A stretch of DNA of 64,000 nucleotides from Anaeramoeba ignava BMAN. Lineage: Eukaryota; Protista; Anaeramoebae. Location: NCBI GenBank assembly GCA_028826165.1, contig JAPDFW010000089.1:240032-304031 (forward strand), in the 5' to 3' direction. Below, piece after piece: positions 14,781 to 28,663 of the stretch. Below the pieces are notes generated by a model. It worked only from the letters and a program-made list of their open reading frames with translations, did no database searches and was not told where the DNA came from. Numbering within the stretch: position 1 is the first letter of the stretch; each line of letters starts with the position of its first letter. Position numbers and translations under genes: made by a program.

Positions 14781-17700
14781 ATGAAATTTATTTTTAAATT
14801 TTTAAATTTATTTTTTCTCCTTATTAGTTTATCACTAAATATATTTTTAAGTTCATATTCTAAATATTCACAAGCAATATCAGCATTTATTTCAATAATA
14901 ATAATTCTATTAATTTTAAATTATTGCAAATTATCATTTAATTCCTGGATTTTTAAATATTTTATTCCCATTATTTCAATAACATTTACAACTCTATTTA
15001 CAAAATTCTTTGGATTACATTTTAAAATTATTGTTAAAACTCCTTTATTTCCTGAAGAAACTGAAAGCTTTTCAAATTTAATTTATTTTTCTATTATTTT
15101 TATTCGAATTATTTTACCTTCTGTTCTTTCTTATTATATGTCTAGTCCAAATTCCCTCATTTTAACATTACCTTCTTTTGCTGTTATTATTGATTTCTTT
15201 ATTAGATATATTAATTTTACTTTCAGTTAGATTTTATGAAACAATTTAATTTTAAATTTAAATTTAATTTTTAATTTTTGAAATGAATTTGAATTTTAAA
15301 TTTAATTTTAATTTTTAATTTTAATTTTAATTTTAATTTAATTTTAATTTTAATTTTAATTTTAATTTTAATTTTAATTTTAATTTTAATTTTAATATTA
15401 ATTTTAATTTTAATTTTAATTTTAATTTTAATATTAATTTTAATTTTAATTTTAATTTTAATTTTAATTTTAATTTTAATTTTAATTTTAATTTTAATTT
15501 TAATTTTAATTTTAAATTTTAATTTTTTTTAATTTTTAATTTTTTTTAATTTTAATTTTAATTTTAATTTAATTTTTAATTTTATTTTTTAAATTTAATT
15601 TTTAAAATTCAATTTTTAATTTTAAATTTTTTGATTTTAATATTAATTTTAATTTTAATTTTAATTTTAAATTTAATATTTTAGGATCAATTTTTCGGAA
15701 TTATATTTTTCAATTGGTTTTTTATAATTCAAATTGTTTCATCATCTTTTCGAAAATGGACTTACTTTTGAAAATTAATTTTGAAAAACAAAATCTTTTG
15801 AAAAACAAAATGAAAAACAAAATGAAAAACAAAATGAAAAACAAAATGAAAAACAAAATGAAAAACAAAATGAAAAACAAAATGAAAAACAAAATGAAAA
15901 ACAAAATGAAAAACAAAATGAAAAACAAAATATTATAAAGCAATACAATAAGCACAAAAAATTCTTATGGAAAAAATTTCTTTTCAAAATTTTCACTTTG
16001 ATATTTATCACCTCTATTTGTTTTTTTGGACTTCAAGGATTATATAAATATAATGAAAAAATTATCAATAAATCAGAGAAAATTAATGTTTCAACAATTT
16101 CAGTTGATAAAACTCAAATAATCAACAATCAATATTTTGATAATACTTATAATATTTCTTCTCTTATTAAAAAAATGTGGGTAGAATTCCCAAGTTTATT
16201 AGATAAACAATTACCTGATAAACCTGAAAATGATTCACTTCCAATTTTTGAAAATTTTCAAATTGATGTTTTTGGAAAATATAATAGAAGACTTATTGAT
16301 TTAACAGAAGAAATGGCAAAAAATGGATCGAAATTAATATTTTGGAGCGAAGCTGTAAATTAAAAATAAAATTAAAATTAAAATTAAAATTAAAATTAAA
16401 TTTAAAATTAATATTAATATTAAAATTAAAATTAAAATTAAAATCAATATTAATATTAAAATTAAAATTAAAATTAAAATTAAAATTAAAATTAAAATTA
16501 AAATTAAAATCAAAATTAAAATTAAAATTAAAATTAAATATAAAATTAAAAATAAAATTAAAATTAAAATTAAAATTAAAATTAAAATTAAAATTAAAAT
16601 TAAAATTAAAATTAAAATTAAAATTTAAAATTAAAATTAAAATTAAAATTAAAATTAAAAATTAAAAATTAAAATTAAAATTAAAATTAAAATTAAAATT
16701 TACAATTAAAATTAAAATTAAAATTAAAATTAAAATTAAAAATTAAAATTAAAATTTAAATTTAAAATTAAAATTAAAATTAAAATTAAAATTAAAATTA
16801 AAATTAAAATTAAAATTAAAATTTAAAATTAAAATTAAAATTAAAATTAAAATTAAAATTAAAATTAAAATTAAAATTAAAATTAAAATTAAAATTAAAA
16901 TTAAAATTAAAATTAAAATCAAAATTAAAATTAAAATTAAAATTAAATTTAAAATTAAAAATTAAAATTAAAATTAAAATTAAAATTAAAATAAAATTAA
17001 AATTAAAATTAAAATAAAAATAAAATTAAAATTAAAATTATTAAAATTATAATTTAAAAAGAATGCAATTATTGTAAATAGAGTTGATGAATTAAAATTC
17101 ATTCTAACATTTAAAGGAATTGCAGAAAAATACTCATGTCATGTAGGAGTTACTTTTGGAGTATTTTATAATGTTCAAAATGCACCTTATTTTAGAAATA
17201 AAATTCTTATTTTTGGAGCTGATGGAGATTCTAAAATGAGAGTTTTAAAAAGATTCCCAATAATTAATCTTGAAAAATCTCTTTTAATTACTGAAGATAC
17301 TGATATTAATATATATTCATCTAAACAAAATTCAAAAGAATTCTTTCTTTCTTCTGCACTTGGAAATGATAGATTTCTTCTTGATTCACAAGCTGATGCA
17401 GATATACTTTTAGTAACTCAAGCTAATTGGAGAGAATTAGATATTGAAGGACTTGATTTATGTAATTTATTAAAAATTTAAAAAATTTAATTTAAAAAAT
17501 TTAAATTAAAAATTAAAATTAAAAATAAAAAGTTCAAGATTATTTCGATCAAATTCTTGCAGTTGAAAAAGGTTATTCAATAATTAGAAATTCAAGAGGA
17601 AAATCACTCTCAACAACTTCAATTAACCCAATAGGAGAAAAAATTAATTCATTAAATACTTTCCAAATAAATAATGAAAAAGAAGAAATAATTGTTAACA

Positions 17701-17867
17701 CTTTTCAAATTCCTCTTAAAGGAATAAAACCATTAAATATGGGATATTCAACTTTGGGTTTATTAATTTTTTGTGGATTTGTTTCTTCATTTTCTATTGG
17801 AATTTTCTTAGCAAATTTCTTAATTGGAGAAAAATCATCAAAAAAAACAAAAACAAAAACTGATTAA
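14781..17867 (+). CDS. Apolipoprotein N-acyltransferase (Lnt)-like membrane protein with carbon-nitrogen hydrolase domain; catalytic Cys apparently absent; frameshift(s) at ~15690-15800
   Basis: Exons 14781-15225, 15685-16354, 17062-17461 and 17533-17867. Multiple N-terminal TM helices are followed by AKNGSKLIFWSE, FRNKILIFGADG...KRFPI, ADILLVTQANW and LAVEKGYSIIRNS, then a C-terminal TM helix and KTKTD*. Confidence 0.6.
15226..15684. repeat. (TTTTAA)n satellite in intron 1 of the Lnt-like gene
   Basis: Tandem hexamer array seen directly. Confidence 0.85.
16355..17061. repeat. (AAAATT)n satellite in intron 2 of the Lnt-like gene; reverse complement of the intron 1 array
   Basis: Tandem hexamer array seen directly. 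Confidence 0.9.
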
Positions 17868-18030
17868 AAAACAACAAGAACAAGAACAAGAACAAGAACA
17901 AGAACAAAATATTTTTTTTTTCTTTTAATTTCCTTTCATTTAGAAAAAATTTTTTCCTTTTAAAAAATCATTCCTTTCATTTTAAAAAAAAATTTTTCAA
18001 TAAAATCAAAATTTAACTTCAATTTCTTCT

Positions 18031-21000
18031 TTACCAAATTGAACCAAAAAATTCAAATTCTTTAGGAGAAAATAACCACATTGATGGAGAATCACGAATC
18101 ATTGTTTGTTTTCCATGAGCAATATTATCTCCATAAGAAGAAAATTGATATTTATTTTTTTTCTTTTTTTTCTTATTAAAATGAAATTGAGAATTAGAGT
18201 TTGTTTGAATTGACATTTTCACAAAATCTTTTAAATTAAGTTCTTCTCCATCCCAATTTCCTTTAATAGATCCAAATCCTTCTTTTTGAAGTAAAAATAA
18301 AGAACCTAAACCTTGAGGCTAAACAAAAACATTAAAAATATTAAAAATATTAAAAACATTAAAAACATTAAAATTTAAAATTCAATTTACATTCCCATTT
18401 ATAAATGTTCCTTTTAATGCATAATTTCCATAATTAAAATATTCAATATCTTCACCTGAAGGAATTCCATCAATAAAATTTCCTATAATTTTCTTTGTTA
18501 ATAAAGTTTTTAATTTTGCAGATTCTTTTTGATAAATTGAAAGTTGTTCATTCTGAAGTTTTGAATCTAAATCAAATTCTTTCTCAAATGATAATAAAGA
18601 ATCCCGATTAAGAAAAAATAATAAAATTCCAAATCCATTTGGCAAATTATTTTTCCAATTCCCAATATATTTAATGTGATTATTAATCAAAATTCCTTGA
18701 TTTGAACGAATTCCATTTTCGAATTCACCTTCATAAACTTTTAAATTATTATAAATCATTTTACCAAATCCATGAAATTTATCAAATTTCCAATTTCCTA
18801 TATATTTTGATTCAGCTAAAGAATATTCTCCTTTTCCATATCTCTAAATATTTTTTTGAATTAAATTAAATATTTTATTAAATTAAATATTTTTTTAAAT
18901 TTTTGAATTTACAAGATTGTTTTTCCATTCTCCTTCATAAATTTCTTTTGATGAATATATTTGCTTTCCAACTCCATTTTTCAAATCATTTTCCCAATTT
19001 CCAATATAAACCTGACCATCAATCTTTTTATAAAATTTTCCAAATCCATGACGAAGATTATTTTGGAAATATCCAATATATTCATCACCATTAAAATAAA
19101 TCATTGTTCCTTTTCCAGAAATTCTATCATTTTTAAAAGATCCACAATAAAAATTTCCATTTGAAAATTTAAACTCTCCATAACCATCTTTTTTACCATT
19201 AATAAAATATCCTTCAAAATGAGAACCATTTGAATAATTCATAACAAATTTTCCGTTTGGTTTGTTTTGATGCCATTCTCCTTCCAATAAATCACCTGAT
19301 GGATAACGAATCATTCCTTTTCCTTCCTTTAATCCACCCACAAAAAAGCCAGTAAATAAGGTACCATTTGGATACAAAATCTCTGCTTGGCCTGTAGGGA
19401 TGGCATCCTCAAAATCACCAGTGTATTTTGTTCCGTTTGAGTATATATAGGTAGCTTTTCTTCGAGATTGTTTCTCAATATTTTCTTTTTCAATCCCCAA
19501 AATTTTTGCAGTTTGAGCAAGAACAATTGATACCCATTCATCCATTTCCTTTGACTGAATAACAAGAGTTCTTTCGGGAGTGCAAATTTCATAGCATGAG
19601 CCATGAGACAACTGAAATTCAACAGGATCTTTTCTGATCCAAACCAACTCAACTGGGAGAATTATGTCAATTTGATATTGATTGATTAATTGGATATTTT
19701 CCCTTTTTTGGATTTGCTCTTGAGTTTCGAACGGTGTGAATTCTTGCGGTAAAGAATGCGAAAACGATAGATTAGGAGATATTTTTTGATGTAACGGATT
19801 GTGCGGATTGTATTGATTGTATTGATTTTGTTGTTCTTGTTTTGGATCATTTTGTTGAGTTGTTTCTCCCTTTTTTGAGTCTCTCTTTTTTATTGGAAGG
19901 TTTGATTTAGGGATTTTAGGAGTTCTTCTTTTTGGGTTTTTTGTTTTGACATTTTTCTTTTTCGTCTGATTTTTGCTTTTAGTTTTAGTTTTGCTTTTAG
20001 TTTTAGTTTTAGTCTTAGTCTTAGTTTTGCCTTTGTTTTTGCTTTTAGTTTCTTCTTTTGGTTCGTTTGTTTTAGTTGTTGTATCAATGAAACTTGTTTC
20101 ACGCAAATAGTGGCTAATATCTTGTTTTAAATCATCAGGAAGTAAATAACTACTACTTAGCATTAAACTATATGTTTTTTTACGTAAAGGTTTTCGTGGA
20201 TTATCACGAAGAACAACAAGATCCTCTTCGTTTTTGATTTCTTTTGAATCTCGTTTGTTTTGGTGTCCTTTTTTTGAGTTTGATTTCTTGAACCGAGACG
20301 AAATGTTTGAATTTTCATTTTCTTCAGTTTCGTTTATAATTGAATTTTGGAATGCAACTTCTTTTCGGTTTTTTTGAGGGGATTTTTGGGTTTCATAATA
20401 ATTTGATTCGGAAATTCCAAAACTATCGGATCTCCTCATTCCCGACATAAGAGAGGAGTCTGATTCTCCATATCTTGAATCCTCAATGGAATCAACACCA
20501 TATTTTGGATTTCCGTTTATTCTTTGGGAAAAACACCAAGCAAACGAATCCTCAAACAAATATAAAAATGCATCTTGGCCAACAACATGCGGACTTTCGG
20601 GACATCTCAAAACTGTTGCCCGAGTGCCACAAATAAAATCCTGTTTAGCCAGAAGAATATCCGAGCATGAAAGATTTAGAAGCATTTTTGTTGTTTCATT
20701 TTCTTTAAGATTTATAATACTATCCTCCAAATTTTGATAAAATACACTAAGTTTAAAATAATCGGGATGTGATGAATCGGTTTCCTTCAACAAATCCCTT
20801 GTTAAACTCCAATATCTAAACAATCTTTTAAACGGCAACAATAATTTCTTTTTAATATTGATTTTGTTTTCTATTCCTTTTAATGTATTTCCTGTTAAAC
20901 TTGTTCTTCTGCATCTATCAAGTGTTAATACAGCCATCTCATAATTATTACAATATGGAATATAAAGATTCTCAATTCTTGGCTGATATTTCATTAAAAC

Positions 21001-23030
21001 ATCCGAAATAACTGACATATAATTCCAAGTTTGACTTTTTTCAAAAAATTCCTTATAAATTTCCTTATTTAATGCCAGAATATCATGAATATTAAAAAAT
21101 ATTTCGTTGTAATCTCTTGTACTAATTGATTTTGCAATTTGTGAAGCCAATGGACTCACGGCTTCCTGAATAAACTCTTGGATATCTTGCACATATTCCT
21201 CTTCAGATTTGAATAATTTTTGGAATATTTGATCTCTTTTTGTTTGAGGTCCAACTGGTTTTAAATCCATTTTCATTAATTCAAGATCTTCTTTGAATTG
21301 TCTATAATGATGTGAATTTAAAAAACTTGGAAGAACACCAAAACTAAATTGTTGTCGAATATCATCTGCTAATTCTCGAAAGAGTTCTAGTGTAATTTCT
21401 GATGATTGATATTTATGGATAACTTTTTGGCGAAGCTCTTCTTTTCCATCGATTTCATGAGGTGATTTTCTATCAACAAACTTTTTAAAATATATTTAAA
21501 ATATAAATATAAATATAAATATTTAAAATATAAATATTTAAAATATAAATATTTAAAATATAAATATTTAAAATATATTTAAAATATAAAATATAAATAT
21601 AAATATAAATATAAATATAAATATAAATATAAATATAAATATAAATATAAATATAAATATTTAAAATATAAATATAAATATAAATATAAAAATATAAATA
21701 TAAATATTTAAAATATAAATATTTAAAATATAAATATTTAAAATATAAATATTTAAAATATAAATATTTAAAATATAAATATTTAAAATATAAATATTTA
21801 AAATATAAATATTTAAAATATAAATATAAATATAAGTATAAATATTTTTTAAATAAATTGCTTTACTTCTTGAATTATATTCTGTGCTAACTTAGATATC
21901 TCCATTGGATCAAAAGTTTTTTCAAATTCTTTCACTTGAATAATAAATGAAATATTATCAACAATATCTTCCTCTTTACAAAATTGTATAAAATAAGCAC
22001 GAGGAAGTTCATGCTTTAAAACATCTTCAAGAGTATTAATTTGAAAATTTTCAACATTAATAGCTCCTTGTTGTGGAGATGCCATTTGAACAGGACTTTC
22101 TATTAGCTGTTGTTGCAATTCTTGCTCCTTTTCTTGTTCTTGTTCTTGTTCTTTGTCTTTGTCTTTCTCTTGTTCTTTTTCTTTCTCTAAATTTTGATTT
22201 TTATCTCGATGTCTAAATGCAAAAAAGAAAGAATTTCTTCGACTTTTCTTTTTAATTTGAACTGGCAAATTTTTAATCATGTTTTGATCAATATTCGATG
22301 TTGAACGTGTTCCAAATCTTCCTTTTAATTGAGTTATTTCTGTTTTTTCATGGTTTGCTTGGATTTGTTTATTAAATTGATATAAATTTCTTGCAATTTT
22401 CTCTCGATTTTCTTTTGAAAATGATTGATATTGATTTTCAATGATTTTTTCAATATCAGAATCCATTTGATCCCTTTCAAAATGTACTTGAGAGATCTTA
22501 TCCTGTTTGGGTTCTGTTATCTTGTTAATTGATTGAATTCGAAATTGTAAATTTTCTTGGAAATTTGAATCCGATTTCTCCTTTTTTTGTAGATCCTTGA
22601 AAGATTCTTCTCTTTCTATAAAGTTATTTGAATTCAGTGATTTCAAGTCTTCTTTTGAACTTTCATCGTGAAATTCAAATTCTTTCATCTTCTCGTTTTC
22701 TTCATTTTCTTGTGAAAAATCACGTTTGATTTGTGAAAGAATTTCTGGTTTTATTGAAATTTTGCATTTTTTGATTTTTTTCTCTGAAGGAAAATCATTA
22801 GGAATGATTTCACTTAATTTCTCTCTTAATTCTTTGTTTGCTAATGCTGTGTTTTTTTGAACTGAAAAAACTTGTGAAAGTTGATTAAGAAAATAGTTTT
22901 TATTTTTATTTTTATTTTTATTTTTATTTTTTTGCTTTTTTTGCTTTTTTGAAAATTTAAATGAATCTGTAAGTTGTGATAAATATTCAAAATATTGAGG
23001 TGAACCAATTTCAAAAATTAAAGAAGTCAT
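18031..23030 (-). CDS. RGS + RhoGEF (DH) + split PH + MORN-repeat protein (alsin-like C-terminal half); 4 exons
   Basis: Exons 23030-21867, 21480-18913, 18843-18391 and 18318-18031. RGS: TLEDVLKHELPRAYFIQFCKEEDIVDNISF...FVDRKSPHEID...VLPSFLNS. DH: SEEEYVQDI...IFFNIHDI...YIPYCNNY...LLLPFKRLFRY...LLKETDSSHPD. PH: LPVELVW...ICTPERTL...DEW. Many YxGxWxNxxxxGxG MORN repeats follow. Confidence 0.85.
21481..21866. repeat. 15-bp (AAATATAAATATTTA)n plus (AAATAT)n array in intron 1 of the RGS-DH gene
   Basis: Tandem array bounded by minus-strand GT/AG. Confidence 0.85.
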
Positions 23031-23103
23031 TAAAAAATGGAAAAAAAATGAAAAAAAATGAAAAAAATGAAAAATAAAATTTTTGTTGATTTTATTTAAA
23101 TTA

Positions 23104-25868
23104 TTAAATTTTTAAATTATCATATTTTTCTTTAAAAAGTTCGGAAAAAACTTTTGATATTGTAAAAATTTGTAAATCATTATTTGATTTTAAAAGTTTT
23201 GATTTAAATATTTTCAATTTATCTTCATCGAAAAAAACTACCAATTCATCTTGAGTAAAATGTTTCATAATTTGATTGAGCATTCCATAAGAAAGGAAAA
23301 TATCGAACATTTCTTGTTTGTTATCCAAACGTTTCAAAATATCAATTCCAAAATTACGACATTTTGGATCGATAGCTTGCATTCCAATAAGTTTGTTTGC
23401 AATTTCAAATGAATCTTTAAATACTCGATGTTGAATAAATTGGAATAATTTGTGTAATTGATTTGAAATTACAAAAAGATCAATCAATCGATTGCAAATC
23501 ATAAGTGATACTTCAATATTATATGAAGTTAAACTGCGAATATATTCTGTGATAACAACAATCAAGAATTTTTCATCAACAATTTTGTTTTTGTGAAGCT
23601 TTTCAAATACTTCATAATAAATATCTTCTTGATCAATTACAACAAAGCTTTTTGGATTATTTGGCGAAACTGTTTTTTGGATTCTTTTTATATTTTGCTG
23701 ATTCCAATTTTTGGGATTTTGTAATTGAAAAATTTGTGATTTTTGACTTGATAAACCTGTTAAAGATGTTTCTGTTGCTTTTGATAAAGCTAAACTATAA
23801 TTTTTGTTTAAAAGATCGAAAATCCAATTTATAATTGAAATGTTTTTATATTGTGCAATAATTTCCTTTATAACATCAAGTGCAACATTTTTACAATTTG
23901 ATCGACGAAGTAAAAATTCAAATTGAGATAGATTCTCAACACATAAAGCGACTGATTTTAGATCCAATTCAAAATGAAAAAGAAATCCATCTTTTGGATC
24001 AAAAACAAAGTTTGGTTGATAATGTTTCCATTCAGGTTTATATAAATCGATAGTATTTTTAAATTGAATTATATTTTTAAATTGATTTTGATTTTCATTT
24101 TTAAATTGATTTTGATTTTGAATTTGATTTTCATATTTAAATTGATTTTGAATTTGAATTTGATTTTCATTTTCATTTTGATTTTGATTTTGATTTTGAT
24201 TTTGATTTTGATATTGAATTTGATTTTGATTTTGATTTTGAATTTGATTTTGATTTTCATTTTGATTTTGATTTTCATTTTCATTTTCATTTTGAATTTG
24301 ATTTTGAATTTGATTTTGAATTTGATTTTGATTTTCATTTTGATTTTGATTTTGATTTTGATTTTCATTATTTCCTAAAATTTTTTTTAAATTAATCCCA
24401 TTTTCCACAATAAATATTTTTTCTTCAAATGGAACAAAAGGTTTAATTGAAAAAGCAAATGATAAATTTCCATTTTTATGAGGACCAAAATCATAAAGAA
24501 TTGATAATTGAATTTCTGAATTATGAATTAACAATAAATTATCAACCACATTAACAGAAAAACCAGAACCAATTTTTGGAAGACGAAGAACATCTCTATG
24601 AGGTGTATGTTTTGATAAACGATATAATCTTAATTCTCTAATTGATTCATCTATCATTATATGTGTACAATAAAGTTTGTTATAAAGTTGAATTATGGAA
24701 ATTGATTTTGTAATATTGTTTTGATTTGAGCGAATTTTATATTCAATTGATTCTTTTCCTTGATTTGAATTTGTTTTGATTTTTGAATACATTTCTTTCA
24801 CTGGAATATCTAATTGAAATTTTGGTATTTGAATAATTTCATTTATTCTAAATTGGAATCCTCGAATATTAATATAATTTAAATCTGTGCAAAGAAGAAT
24901 TATTTTATGTTGTGGCTTTTTTTTTAAATTTAATTTTAATTTTAATTTTAATTTTAATTTTAATTTTAATTTTAATTTTAATTTTAATTTTAATTTTAAT
25001 TTAAATTTTGATTTTAAATTTAATTTTGATTTTAATTTTAAATTTAATTTTAATTTTAATTTTAATTTTAATTTTGATTTTAATTTTAAATTTTAATTTT
25101 TAATTTTAATTTTAATTTTAAATTTGAGTTTTAATTTTAATTATAATTTTTATTTTAAATTTTAAATTTAATTTTAATTTTTAATTTTTGGATTAAATCA
25201 CTTGATATAAATAACAATGAATAAAAACGAAACTATAAGCTCCAATTTTTTGTACAGTTTTTTTCTTTAAATCCAACTAAATTTTTTTTCAATTTAAAAA
25301 GTAAAATTTTTTTTTTTTCAAAAATAAATTTGTAAATTAATTCATTTATAAAAAAATTGCAAACATGATGATGTTCTAATGAAAAAGTTGTAATAAAAAG
25401 TATTTCATTTGAATCTAACCATTCAAATGAAATTGGAACAAAGTGTTTATCTTTATATTTTTTAGGTAAATATTTAATTTGAATTGAATTTTCATTTTCA
25501 TTTTCATTTTCATTTTTAACACTAAAAATATAGAATCTAGGATCATTTTTTTGAATAATTGCAAAGAATTTTTTGTTTGGAGATAATTTTATTTGGGATA
25601 TATTTTGGTTTTCAATTCCTATTTTTGGAATTCTTTTTAATTTTAATTTTAATTTTAATTTTAATTTTAATTTTAATTTTAATTTTGAATTTAAATTTTA
25701 ATTTTAAATGGAATTTTAATTTTGAATGAAATTTTACTTGATTTCAGTTATTTTATGATCAAGTGAAACACAATAAATAATATTTTTAGATAATAAAATA
25801 ATTTCTTGAAGAGTTTCATCGAAAAAAACAAAATCATATTCAGAAGGAATAAAATGAATTGGATTCAT
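23104..25868 (-). CDS. RMC1: Regulator of MON1-CCZ1 (RMC1 / Mic1 / C18orf8); about 4 exons
   Basis: Starts MNPIHF...VFFDETLQEII. The C-terminal Mic1 domain reads VVIDQEDIY...FLIVVITEYIRSL...LFQFIQHRVFKDS...GIDILKRL. Introns at ~25737-25633, ~25364-25278 and ~25201-24916; probable 1-nt frameshift near 25225. Confidence 0.85.
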
Positions 25869-26011
25869 TAATTCAACTAAAAATTCAGAATTTTCCATTT
25901 TTTTTTATAATTATTATTATTATTAATTTAATTTATTTTTATTTATTTAAAAAAAAGAAAAAGAAAAAAATGAAAAAATTAATTTCCATTTTTTTAATTT
26001 CATTTTTTGAA

Positions 26012-28241
26012 ATGATAAAAAAATTTCCTTTATCTGAAAAATTTAAAAAAAACTTTTGGAGAAAAATTGAAGGAACTGGAGATATACCATCAAGATATAA
26101 CGCATCAGCAATAATTTATAATCAGGAACTTTATATTTTTGGAGGTTGGCATCCAGAATTCAAACCAACAAATGATCTTTTCAAATTTTCATTTAAAACG
26201 TTAAATTGGGAAAAAATTGAAACAACAGGAACACCTCCAAGTCCAAGATTGGGACAAGAAAGCATTGTCTATAATAAGCAAATGATTGTTTGTTTTGGTT
26301 CAAATGATTCCGTTTTATTTTCTGACACTTTTGCTTATGATTTTGAAAATAAAAATTGGTCAACTTTGCATACAAAAGGACAAAAACCACGCGCAAGATT
26401 AGACCCAATTATTGCGTTGTGGGATCATAAAATGTTTATATTTGGAGGCGAATCAGAAAATTCGGAAAAATTAAATGATGTTTTTTATTTGGATTTCAAT
26501 GACGATTTGAAATGGATACCTGTTTTGAATCGCAAAAATGCACCACCGCCTATGTCAGATATGGCGGGTGCTCAAGTAAATCATTTGTTGTTTATACATG
26601 GAGGAATGGGTTCTCATATTTCGTCAGATATTTATTGTTTTGATATGGAAAAATTAAAGTGGAAAAAAAAAATCAAGCAAAAAACACTGCATTTGAATGA
26701 TGATCATAAAATGATATATTTTAATAATTCTTTGTTTGTTTATGGAGGTTCTCAAGGAAGATCAAATAGATATCTCAAAAGATTTGTGGTTTTTGATTTG
26801 GAATCGAAAGAATGGAATGAAATTGAATACCAAAAAAATGACGAGAAAACCAAGGATGAGAAAATTGGAGGAAATTACAATTTTAATGAAATTGAAGAAT
26901 ATGAAGAAGATTCAGAATTTCCCATTTTGTTTGAGGATTCAAGAATCACATTGCCAGATTCGCAAAGCAAACCTGCGATTCCTGGCGGGAAAATTGGACC
27001 TTGTTTTAGTTTTGTATAATTACACACTTGTTCTATTTAGTGGGTCTTATGGTCACCAATTTAATAGAAGAAAAATGGAGAATGAAATGTATATTTATCC
27101 TCTTCAAATTCCGCGTTTTTGTCAGGAAATGCTGGATGTTTTGAGAGGTTGTGTTGTTGCTGATTTCAATATTGTTTCAGCCGATAATGTAGTGTTTCAA
27201 GTTCACAAATCAATTATCCTCACAAGAATAAGAAGATATGGAACAATTTCAAAAATGAATTTAATGTCGAACATTAGCAACGAAGTCATTTTGCAAGGAA
27301 ACACACAAGAAAATTCTCAAAACAACAATCTCTACTTCGACAACGAAGATCAGCAATTAAATTCCTTCTGCAATTTAATGAGAAGATATCGTTACTCAAC
27401 CGTGTATTCTCTTCTTCAATATTTCTATTCAGGATTAATGATCGGGATTGATGGAGCCGTGGCTCATGAATTTGAAGAGATTGCAACTCTTTTAAAATTC
27501 GATCGGTTACTCAAAAGTGTTCAGAGTCAATCGTTTGGAGAAATTCATCTTGAAGAACTTGTTGAGGATCTTCGGTTCATGCTTGAAAATGAAAGATTTA
27601 CTGATTTTACAGTTATGCTTCACAACGAGAATTCAAATCAAAAAATACCAATAAAGACTCACAAAGTCATTCTTGCTGCGCGAAGTGAGCTTTATCGAGG
27701 AATGTTGACATCTGTTGTTGACCAATCAAATTCTGCTCCTGATTTGAGTGGAAGGCAATTAGGAGCTTTACTAACACTCTTTCTATACCTCTATACTGAC
27801 AAATTGAATATAAATTCCATTGAGGATGCGCTCCAACTTTTTGGGGCTTATTCTTATTATGGATTGTCTGATTCTTTGTTTGATAGAAAAATTTGCGCCT
27901 ATTTATATCATAATCTCAATATTGATAATGCAATCCAAATTTGTGAAGGATTACTTCCTCATTGGAATCTTATTCCTGCTGTTAGAGAGTTTGGAAACAC
28001 TATTTTACGCTTTATTCACGAAAATCCTGTTTTGATTCCTTCTTGGGAATTGTTGGTTCAAAAATATAGTTTTTTGAGTCAAGAAGCTTTTGATCTTTCT
28101 CAGGAAGTTTTTCCTGAATCTATTGATTATTATAATAAGGTTAATTTAAATAAAGATGAAAATAAAATGTTACAGAACCATGATAACAGCGATGATAGTA
28201 GCAATGATAGTGATGATGATGTTGGTGGAGGAGATTGGTGA
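26012..28241 (+). CDS. Kelch-repeat + two BTB domain protein (LZTR1-like); frameshift at ~27012 joins the two ORFs
   Basis: Six kelch repeats (e.g. LYIFGG, MFIFGG, LFIHGG, LFVYGG) in the 25859 ORF. BTB motifs ADFNIV...FQVHKSIILTR and FTDFTV...THKVILAARSELYRGM lie in the 26736 ORF. Removing one T from the T4 run at 27010-27013 fuses the frames. Confidence 0.85.
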
Positions 28242-28244
28242 AGA

Positions 28245-28620
28245 TTTAAAATTAAAATCAAAATCAAAATCAAAATTAAAATGAAAATTAAAATTGAAAT
28301 TAAAATAAAAATTAAAATCAAAATCAAAATCAAAATCAAAATCGAAATTAAAATAAAAATTAAAATCAAAATCAAAATCAAAATCTAATTCAAAATCAAA
28401 ATCAAAATCAAAATTAAAATCAAAATGAAAATTAAAATTAAAATCAAAATCAAAATTAAAATCAAAATCAAAATTAAAATCAAAATCAAAATAAAAATTA
28501 AAATCAAAATCAAAATCAAAATCAAAATCGAAATTAAAATAAATATGAAAATCAAAATCAAAATCAAAATCAAAATCCAAATTTAAATTGAAATTAAAAT
28601 AAAAATTAAAATTAAAAATG
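28245..28620. repeat. (AAAATC/AAAATT)n intergenic array between convergent Kelch-BTB and CAP59-like genes
   Basis: Tandem hexamers seen directly. Confidence 0.8.
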
Positions 28621-28663
28621 GAAAGAATTTAATAAATTTTAATTTGAAAAATTGAAATGAAAA

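Noticed and set aside
19680-20540. Possible second intein in the PH-domain insert, which begins near WCFSQ
   Set aside because: No block B His motif and no terminal HN-[CST]; the sequence is low-complexity and looks disordered.
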